DNA of 64,000 nt from assembly GCA_944381205.1 (NCBI GenBank), contig CALWKG010000001.1, forward strand, positions 20 through 64,019. The letters are read 5' to 3'. Positions 47,031-54,100 of the stretch are shown here, one piece after another. Position numbers and translations under genes: made by a program. The notes under the pieces are model-generated. The model did not search any database and had not been told where the DNA came from. It was given only the letters and a program-made list of their open reading frames with translations. The number at the start of each line of letters is the position of its first letter. Position 1 is the first letter of the stretch. This DNA is from an uncultured Clostridia bacterium (GTDB lineage Bacteria; Bacillota; Clostridia; Christensenellales; UBA1242).

Positions 47031-47042
47031 TCTCCTATGCAA

Positions 47043-47071
47043 ACTATAACAAATTTGTAGAATTTTGTCAA
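47043..47071 (-). promoter_or_regulatory. sigma-A promoter of lexA
   Basis: On the minus strand: TTGACA (47071-47066), a 17-nt spacer, and TATAGT (47048-47043). Confidence 0.65.
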
Positions 47072-47082
47072 ACATTTGTTCG
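47069..47082. promoter_or_regulatory. LexA (Cheo/SOS) box overlapping the lexA -35
   Basis: The minus strand reads CGAACAAATGTTTG, compared with the Firmicute consensus CGAACnnnnGTTCG. There is one deviation in the right half. Confidence 0.75.
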
Positions 47083-47087
47083 ATAAA

Positions 47088-48137
47088 TTAATTATCTCTT
47101 AACTTAATAACATTTGCTACACTCCGTCTTGTATCTTCTGAAATGGCGGCATAATGTTTTTTTGTAGTATTTACATCTTTATGTCCTAAGACGTCTGCAA
47201 CTATATAAATATCTCTTGTTTCCCTATATAAATTAGTTCCATAAGTGCTACGAAGTTTGTGAGGAGTAATATGTTTTAAAGGGATACAAACTTCGCTATA
47301 TTTTTTTACAAGTTTTTCTACCGCACGTACAGATATTCGTTTGTTTTGGATTGATAGAAAAAGAGCCTTTTCATTTTTATCAACTTTATCATTTTTTTCT
47401 CGTTGTGAGATATAATCAAGTAGAGCAGAGGCAACTTCGTCTGAAAAATAAAGTATAACTTGATTGCCACCTTTTCTGGTAATTTTAAAACCATTTATTT
47501 CAAAGTCTATATCATCTACATTCAATCCAACACATTCACTTACACGAATTCCTGTGCCTAATAAAAGGGTTAGTATGGCAATATCTCTTTTTTTTGTAAT
47601 TTGATTATACGATTGTTGTCTTTTAGTAAAGCCCTCAGGCGACTCTGCCTCATTAATGAGTTTTACAATTTCATCAATTTCTAACCTTACAATTTCCTTT
47701 TCTCTTATTTTTGGATTAGAAACTTTACTAGAAACATTGTAAGGGATTTTTTCATTTTTGTAGAAAAAACTTAGCAAAGTTCTTATAGCAGATAACTTGC
47801 GAGATTTTGACGCGTTATCATTAGATTGTATTTTGTTTTTATCTTTATATGAGGATAGAAAACTCAGGTAATATTCTATATGGGAAGATGTTATTTTTGA
47901 AAGGTCGTTAAAATCAAAATGTATTATATTTTTTCCATAAAACTCTTTAATTTGAGTTGTTAAAAATATAAAAAAATTCTTTAAATCTCTTAAATATCCA
48001 AGTTGAGTTAAAGGAGTTGTTCTATTTTCTATTCCAATCAAAAAATCCGAACAAAAAGACGGGAGAGTACGTAATAACTCACTAATTTTATCTTTATTTA
48101 TAGCATCACGTTGTTTAAAAAAATTTTCTTCTCTCAT
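47088..48137 (-). CDS. tyrosine site-specific recombinase (Xer/integrase family; XerS-like size)
   Basis: 349 aa with an N-terminal SAM-like core-binding domain. The catalytic contexts are GTGIRVSECVGL (Arg), HKLRST (His-x-x-Arg) and GHKDVNTTKKHY (His...Tyr). Confidence 0.85.
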   Translation of the reverse strand: MREENFFKQRDAINKDKISELLRTLPSFCSDFLIGIENRTTPLTQLGYLRDLKNFFIFLTTQIKEFYGKNIIHFDFNDLSKITSSHIEYYLSFLSSYKDKNKIQSNDNASKSRKLSAIRTLLSFFYKNEKIPYNVSSKVSNPKIREKEIVRLEIDEIVKLINEAESPEGFTKRQQSYNQITKKRDIAILTLLLGTGIRVSECVGLNVDDIDFEINGFKITRKGGNQVILYFSDEVASALLDYISQREKNDKVDKNEKALFLSIQNKRISVRAVEKLVKKYSEVCIPLKHITPHKLRSTYGTNLYRETRDIYIVADVLGHKDVNTTKKHYAAISEDTRRSVANVIKLRDN

Positions 48138-48182
48138 ATTAGATTAATTTTAACAATAATATAAAAAAAAGTAAAACAAAAG

Positions 48183-48211
48183 TTGACTTGAAGATTTAAT
48201 AAAACTATAAT
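48183..48211 (+). promoter_or_regulatory. sigma-A promoter of serS
   Basis: TTGACT at 48183-48188, a 17-nt spacer, and TATAAT at 48206-48211. There is no room for a T-box leader. Confidence 0.65.
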
Positions 48212-48235
48212 TAAATAGTTTAAGGAGTAAATTAA

Positions 48236-49510
48236 ATGATTTCGATAGAGTTAATAAAAAATGAAACTAAAAAAGTTCAGGAATTACTACAAAAAAAAGG
48301 TTGTAATGTTGATTTCTCTGACCTATTAAAATATGATGAAGAACGCAGAAAAACAATTCAAGAAGTAGAAGAATTAAAATCAAAAAAGAACAAAGTTAGT
48401 TCTGAGATACCAAAGTACAAAAAAGAAGGACGTGACACAAAAGAAATTTTTGAAGAAATGAAAGTGCTTGGTAATAAAATAGAAGAACTCGACATAATTG
48501 TTGATAATTTAAACGAAAAAATTAAGAATTTTATTGCCGTTCTACCAAATATTCCTGACGAAGATTTATTGCCTGGTGGTAAAGAAAATAATAAGGTTTT
48601 AAGACAAGGGAACCCTAAGCCAGAGTTTAATTTTAAAATAAAAAATCATGTTGATTTATGCACGGACTTACACTTAATTGATTATGATAGGGGGGTAAAG
48701 TTATCTGGTAATGGCGCTTGGGTTTATCGCGGAATGGGTGCAAGATTAGAATGGGCTTTGCTTAACTATTTTGTAGAGGAGCATTTAAAAGACGGCTATG
48801 AATTTATATTGCCACCACATATGTTAAATTACGATTGTGGATTTGGGGCAGGGCAATTTCCAAAATTTTCTGATGAAGTTTATTGGATAGATAGTAAAGA
48901 TGAAAAATCAAAGTTTTTGTTACCAACGGCAGAAACCGCTCTTGTCAATATGTATAAAGGAGAGATTATTCCAGAAGAAAATCTTCCTATGAAATTTTTT
49001 GCGTACACACCTTGTTATAGAAGGGAAGCGGGAAGTTATAGGCAGGAAGAACGCGGTATGATTAGAGGACATCAATTTAATAAAATTGAAATGGTGCAAT
49101 ATACCACGCCGGAAAAAAGTAATGAAGCCTTTGAAGAACTTGTTTTTAAGGCGGAAAATTTAGTAAAAAAATTAGGGCTTCATTATCAGGTTTCAAAACT
49201 CGCTGCTGGTGATTGTTCGGCTTCTATGAAAAGAACGTATGATATTGAGGTTTGGATTCCTAGTATGCAAATATACAAAGAAGTTTCTTCTGCATCTAAT
49301 GCTGGTGATTATCAAGCAAGACGAAATAACACAAAATATAGGCGAAATGATACTAAAAAGACCGATTATGTGCATACTCTTAATGCTAGTGGACTTGCAA
49401 CATCTAGATTATTACCAGCAATTGTTGAACAATTTCAAAATGAAGATGGAAGTGTTACCGTACCCGAAGTCTTACGTAAATATTTAGGTGGTATTAGTAT
49501 CATTAGATAG
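48236..49510 (+). CDS. serS: serine--tRNA ligase
   Basis: 424 aa with an N-terminal coiled-coil arm and class II motifs (LPTAETAL, CYRREAGS, TLNASGLATSRLL). Confidence 0.95.
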   Translation: MISIELIKNETKKVQELLQKKGCNVDFSDLLKYDEERRKTIQEVEELKSKKNKVSSEIPKYKKEGRDTKEIFEEMKVLGNKIEELDIIVDNLNEKIKNFIAVLPNIPDEDLLPGGKENNKVLRQGNPKPEFNFKIKNHVDLCTDLHLIDYDRGVKLSGNGAWVYRGMGARLEWALLNYFVEEHLKDGYEFILPPHMLNYDCGFGAGQFPKFSDEVYWIDSKDEKSKFLLPTAETALVNMYKGEIIPEENLPMKFFAYTPCYRREAGSYRQEERGMIRGHQFNKIEMVQYTTPEKSNEAFEELVFKAENLVKKLGLHYQVSKLAAGDCSASMKRTYDIEVWIPSMQIYKEVSSASNAGDYQARRNNTKYRRNDTKKTDYVHTLNASGLATSRLLPAIVEQFQNEDGSVTVPEVLRKYLGGISIIR

Positions 49511-49531
49511 GGGAAATAATAATAGTTAATT

Positions 49532-50428
49532 ATGAATGATGAAATAATTAGAGATTTTTCAGTAAGAAAAGATAAAAAAAATGTTCAAGAGTTTTACCAC
49601 AAAGCCCTTGATATTATTGTGTCTGCAATTGAAGAACTTAAATTAACTTCATCAAATACTATTAATTTGAATGAAGAAACAACTAGAATTTTTCCAATGG
49701 GAGATTATACCAACGATACTTTTATTGATAAAACGGGTGAATTGGAAATAGTTATTGCGACATTTGACCCCCAAATAATTTTAAACAATAAAACATTTAT
49801 TAATGCTAGAAAAAGTGTGCGAAGAAAAAAAGATTTGAGTAAAATTTCTAGTAACGGGACAATAGACCAAATTTTGTTTTTGTTATTAAAAAAACTCACA
49901 GAATTTTTTGATGAAACTACAACACTTTTTGCCACCAATGATGGCATAAAAATTTTATGTTTTCAAGAGTATGGTTTTAAACTTCTAATTAGATTTGCAA
50001 CCTATAATGTAGACGATAAAGATGCGGTTTTGTATTTTTGGGACCCTGTTATAAAAAATGAGCGCGCTGTTAATTTGTTTTTATATAATGAAGAAATAGA
50101 TAAAAAAGATAAGCAAACTAATGGAAATTATAAGAAAATTATTAGAATATACAAAAATATAAGAAAAACTATTTTAGTAAATAAATGGTCTATTAGTAGC
50201 GATTTGAATAAATACTTTATAGAACTCATAGTATACAATATCCCAGATTTGCTTATGATGGAAAATGATATTGTAAAGTGTTTTTATAAATCATATAATT
50301 ATCTAATAAATTCTAATATTTTAAATTTTAAATCGTTTGATGGTAAAAACATTCAATCGTTTAATCTTGCAAAAATTAGTTACTATAAAATCCATAACTT
50401 TATTAGATTAATAAAAAAATTGGTTTAA
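49532..50428 (+). CDS. hypothetical protein with a degenerate nucleotidyltransferase-fold (SMODS/CD-NTase/OAS-like) pattern
   Basis: 298 aa. The segment FPMGDYTNDTFIDKTGELEIVIATF fits G[SD]-x9-12-[DE]h[DE]h. The C-terminal helical region (IIRIYKNIRKTILVNKW...YFIELIVYN) resembles the region that follows the catalytic core in these families. I find no clear third acidic residue, and the SD is weak. The gene starts 21 nt after serS. Confidence 0.5.
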   Translation: MNDEIIRDFSVRKDKKNVQEFYHKALDIIVSAIEELKLTSSNTINLNEETTRIFPMGDYTNDTFIDKTGELEIVIATFDPQIILNNKTFINARKSVRRKKDLSKISSNGTIDQILFLLLKKLTEFFDETTTLFATNDGIKILCFQEYGFKLLIRFATYNVDDKDAVLYFWDPVIKNERAVNLFLYNEEIDKKDKQTNGNYKKIIRIYKNIRKTILVNKWSISSDLNKYFIELIVYNIPDLLMMENDIVKCFYKSYNYLINSNILNFKSFDGKNIQSFNLAKISYYKIHNFIRLIKKLV

Positions 50429-50606
50429 AAAAACAATTAGGGAAGTAAGTGTTTATTTGTATTAATTGAAGCCTTTTTATTATATTAAAAAACTTTTTAT
50501 TTCAATATAAAATATTAGTGTAGTTTTTAAATTAAAGTTTATTGTACATAGTTTTGTATAAAATAAAAATCAAAAAAAATTTATATTATTATAAATAAAC
50601 ACATTA

Positions 50607-50770
50607 GGTACTATGCAAACTACCTATAATATAAAGTTACAAATAGGTACTATGCAAACTTATTGTTATTTAACAAAATTAATATATAAGAAATTGGTGT
50701 GTAATATCTATAACTTCTTTGTTTTTGATAGAATAGGAGTACTATGCAAACTTATAGTACTATGCAAAGT
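50607..50770 (+). repeat. four direct copies of a 12-nt core GTACTATGCAAA (14-15 nt with flanks)
   Basis: The cores lie at 50608-50619, 50647-50658, 50739-50750 and 50757-50768, giving spacings of 39, 92 and 18 nt. Copies 1-3 continue as -CT. Copies 3 and 4 together form GTACTAT-N8-ATAGTAC. Confidence 0.85.
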
Positions 50771-50920
50771 GAAATAGAATTTTTAATTTTTTAAAATTTA
50801 AAAATCCTTTTTATTTATCTGGAAAAATAAATATTTTATTTTTTTACATAAAAGCCCCTAATTAATGCTAATTAAAAAAATATATTAAAAATGCAATGAG
50901 TATTTACTTGTGTAAAAAAT

Positions 50921-51023
50921 AAAATTCTGACTCACAACGTTGTCTGTGTCGTCTGAGAGAGAATTTTTATTTAAGTATGATATTTTATTCAGAGTAATCT
51001 GAGACAGAATTTTTAGTTAAATA
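50921..51023 (+). ncRNA. candidate small structured RNA or tandem terminator-like module (speculative)
   Basis: A hairpin, AAAATTCT-ga-CTCA...TGAG-ag-AGAATTTT, spans 50921-50967 around a GC-richer core. Two 26-nt direct repeats, TCTGAGAsAGAATTTTTAkTTAArTA, lie at 50952-50977 and 50998-51023 (23/26 identity). A hairpin with a GNRA-type loop, TCAGA-GTAA-TCTGA, lies at 50989-51002. Confidence 0.3.
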
Positions 51024-51517
51024 CAATAAAGGATTTTTCTATAAATTTTTTTAATTATGTAACAATTTATAATTAGAAAATAAATAAAATGATTTATGGT
51101 AAAAATATTATAAAAATTTACTAAAAAATTAGTATAAAAACATTTTTAAAAAACTAAAAATTAAACAAATCTTCGAATTTTCACCATATCTATTCGTAAA
51201 ACCTGTATTTTGCGAATAGTTTAAACCTGTAAAGAAACATATAATTTATTAAATTTTTAATGGTTATAAACAGTATTACATTGTTATAATTTATTATATT
51301 CCCTAACAAAATGATGTGGTTAATTATTTTTTTATATTATTTTATTTAGAAGAAATGATTTTTCATTAATTCTTTATAGATAAATAATCTTGTCTATTTC
51401 TATTATTAATATTAAAATTTTATAAATTCTTTTATTAAAAATTATGTTTATATTTTTATTTTATAACAGAATTTATCGATAAATATTTGTTATTTGATAA
51501 AAATTTTTTATAAATTA

Positions 51518-52210
51518 TTAATACAATTCTAGTAAAAATGAATAATTTTTTAGTTCTGCCCTATTTTTTTTGTAGGCAGGACAAATTTTTTCTAATTCTT
51601 GATAAAATTTTTGAGAGTGGTTTAATTCTTTTAGATGTGTAAGTTCGTGGTAAATTACGAAATCAATTAAATTAGGGCTAACACAAGCAAGTCGCCAGTT
51701 GAGTTTTATTACACCAAACTTATCGCAACTACCCCACTTTGCTCTGTAACTACCTATTATAACTTTACTTACATCAAACTTGTAGCAAGCAAGAATATCG
51801 TTTATTCTTTTTGTTAAAACATTATCTGCAATATTCTTTATAGTTTTTTTTATGCAAAAATTTACTTTATCCTGAGTATTATATTTTTTTGGAAGCAAAA
51901 AATATTCTTCCGTAAAAGCAGGTTTTGAAACCTTAGTTGTTGGTACTATTATATATTCTTTTCCAAAAAGTAGAATATTTTCTTTACTAATAATTTTTGA
52001 AAATTTACTAGATAGTGCCTTAATTTTTAAAATTTTTCTTTCTAATAATTGTTCTTTATCTCGTAGAATGTCATCTATTTTGCTAAGAGGCAACTTTAAA
52101 GGACAATAAACAGTTATTTCTCCTTGTTTATTTATGCAAATTTTTACAGTTTTTCTTTGTTCTCTAATTATGCTTGTTTTCTCTACCATATTACTTAGAT
52201 ATTTTATCAT
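51518..52210 (-). CDS. DUF45/YgjP-like zinc metallopeptidase (M48-related, HExxH)
   Basis: 230 aa with the C-terminal motif VIYHELTHLKELNHSQKFY. The RBS AAGGTGAT is well placed. Confidence 0.8.
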   Translation of the reverse strand: MIKYLSNMVEKTSIIREQRKTVKICINKQGEITVYCPLKLPLSKIDDILRDKEQLLERKILKIKALSSKFSKIISKENILLFGKEYIIVPTTKVSKPAFTEEYFLLPKKYNTQDKVNFCIKKTIKNIADNVLTKRINDILACYKFDVSKVIIGSYRAKWGSCDKFGVIKLNWRLACVSPNLIDFVIYHELTHLKELNHSQKFYQELEKICPAYKKNRAELKNYSFLLELY

Positions 52211-52249
52211 ATATCACCTTATAAAAAAAGCATTTAAACGTGTTTTTTG

Positions 52250-52278
52250 TTGACTAAAAAAGAACTATTTTGTAATAT
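52250..52278 (+). promoter_or_regulatory. sigma-A promoter of the PadR-like gene
   Basis: TTGACT at 52250-52255, a 17-nt spacer, and TAATAT at 52273-52278. Confidence 0.55.
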
Positions 52279-52402
52279 ATAATTATTAACTGTAAAAGAA
52301 TTTTTAATCATTGTTTTTGTATCCTCTGCCCTATTTATGATTGCTTTTAAATAAAATTTTTAGTTAAAAATTATCACATTTTTATATTTAGAAGGTGAAA
52401 AT

Positions 52403-54007
52403 ATGTCTGATTTGTCTGAAAATAAAGCATCAAGAGGTAGCATTGCTCCAATTATTATAACCGCATTAAGTAGCGGAGATAAATATGGCTATGAAATTTG
52501 CAAAGAAATAGAACGTCTTTCGAATGGTGTTTTAATATTAAAGCAACCTAGTTTATATAGTAGCCTAAGAAGAATGGAAGAACAAGATTTAATTTCTTCT
52601 TATTGGCAGGATAGTGAAATTGGTGGAAAAAGACACTATTATAAGTTAACTGAAAAAGGAGAGCAACTTTACAACGAAAATAAAGATAGTTTAAATATGG
52701 AAGATTTAATAAATAACCTACCTTTAAACGAGTTTGACATTGAAAAAAGTCCTAACAATGCACCATCTGTTGCTAGCCAAGAAAATCTTTTCAATTTGGT
52801 TAATAAAAAAAATGAAATAAAACTAATAAAAGAAGATGATTTGGAAAAAGAAGACAATTCTTCTTTTGTGCAATTTGATTTATTTGACCAAAAAGTTAAT
52901 TTTATAAAGGACGAATCCAAAAATACTGAAAAAGTGAGTTTATACTCTAATAAATATGAACAATTAGACCAGCACACAAAAGAAATCGAGCCGATAAGGG
53001 AAAAACAAGATATCAAGCCAATAACCAGAGATTCTATTTTTAAACCGCAAGATATTAAACAGAAAGATATTGTAAGTGATAGTTCTTTTTTAGAAAATAA
53101 ATGCGAAGATATATCATTAAAAGATAGTTATAAATCGCAAATTAATGAAATTTCTTCATTTAATGAGCCAGAAAAAGCATCTGTTGATGCTGTTAATTTA
53201 GAGCAAAAAACTAGTGATGCAACTTATGATTCTTCTAAAATAGTTTGGAATATGCCTATTAGTGAAGATAACGATTTAAAGGAAAAATCCAATGATTATA
53301 AATTAGTTATTAGTGAGTTGTATAATAGTTCTAAATTAAAAGACCCTTATGAAGAAACTAAATATAGCAATTTTAAGGAAATCTTCCCTACTGCACAAGT
53401 TAATAAGCCAGAAAAAAATTACAAAAAACGAAGCGAAATTGATGACTATATAAAAGAAAAATCAAAAAATGCTTTTGTTTTAGATAATCTAAATAATTTG
53501 AAAGAACAGTTTTCTTATCAAGGGTTAAAAATAAAAATACACAATAATGATAATAACAAAAACAATATAAGATTATATTCAGATATAAATAGATTAAATA
53601 TGACTACATCGTGGTATGTTTCTCTGATTATGATTTTAGAGGTTATTTTGTTATATATAACATTAAATAGTTATGATTTAATATTACGTAGACAAACCCT
53701 TATGTATTTTTTAGGCGGTTCTTTGGCTGTTAGTTTATTTGTGATAGCCACATTGGAAAATTATTTTGATAGGTATAAACTTTTGATTATAAAACGGCAA
53801 TTAAAATATGATTTTGTAAAGGCATTTTTAATTTTTATTTTTGCTTGCGTAATTACTTTTGCAGTATGTCTTGTTTGCGGAATGCAAAGTCTAGGACAAA
53901 TTGAATTCCTTTCATATTGGTTAGTCCCTGTTCTTTTATCGTCTAATATTTTAACCTACTGTTTAATATTCCATTCCCTACTTAAATCAAAACATTATAA
54001 TAATTAA
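52403..54007 (+). CDS. membrane-anchored PadR-family transcriptional regulator fusion
   Basis: The N-terminal ~95 aa form a PadR wHTH (GDKYGYEICKEIERLSNGVLILKQPSLYSSLRRMEEQDLISSYW...GGKRHYYKLTEKG). A ~300-aa charged low-complexity linker follows. About four C-terminal TM helices span residues ~405-530. Confidence 0.8.
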   Translation: MSDLSENKASRGSIAPIIITALSSGDKYGYEICKEIERLSNGVLILKQPSLYSSLRRMEEQDLISSYWQDSEIGGKRHYYKLTEKGEQLYNENKDSLNMEDLINNLPLNEFDIEKSPNNAPSVASQENLFNLVNKKNEIKLIKEDDLEKEDNSSFVQFDLFDQKVNFIKDESKNTEKVSLYSNKYEQLDQHTKEIEPIREKQDIKPITRDSIFKPQDIKQKDIVSDSSFLENKCEDISLKDSYKSQINEISSFNEPEKASVDAVNLEQKTSDATYDSSKIVWNMPISEDNDLKEKSNDYKLVISELYNSSKLKDPYEETKYSNFKEIFPTAQVNKPEKNYKKRSEIDDYIKEKSKNAFVLDNLNNLKEQFSYQGLKIKIHNNDNNKNNIRLYSDINRLNMTTSWYVSLIMILEVILLYITLNSYDLILRRQTLMYFLGGSLAVSLFVIATLENYFDRYKLLIIKRQLKYDFVKAFLIFIFACVITFAVCLVCGMQSLGQIEFLSYWLVPVLLSSNILTYCLIFHSLLKSKHYNN

Positions 54008-54100
54008 ATTTCTTTTTGTTTTTTTTATAAAATAATATATAATAATCTATGTAGAGTTTGTTTATCTTTTAACATAAAAACATTTTTGGAGTTTAAAACA

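Noticed and set aside
47088-48137. The tyrosine recombinase might mark an integrated mobile element or prophage.
   Set aside because: There are no flanking phage, ICE or transposon genes, no direct repeats and no tRNA target. The neighbours are lexA and serS. It is more consistent with a chromosomal Xer-type recombinase.
48138-48235. An AAAACTATAATT segment resembles part of difSL next to the recombinase gene. A T-box upstream of serS was also considered.
   Set aside because: The segment is fully explained as the serS sigma-A promoter (TTGACT-17-TATAAT). The leader is far too short for a T-box.
50594-50660. A canonical 28-bp dif site might be built from the CTATGCAAACT repeats.
   Set aside because: Only half-site similarity exists. 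When a repeat is taken as the XerD arm, the 11 nt at the XerC-arm position do not match. The XerC-like stretch ACTACCTATAA lies on the wrong side. It is kept only as a hypothesis inside a finding.
50607-50770. The four-copy repeat might be a CRISPR array.
   Set aside because: The repeats are only 12-15 nt, the spacings are irregular (39, 92 and 18 nt), there are no cas genes, and there is no repeat-spacer periodicity.
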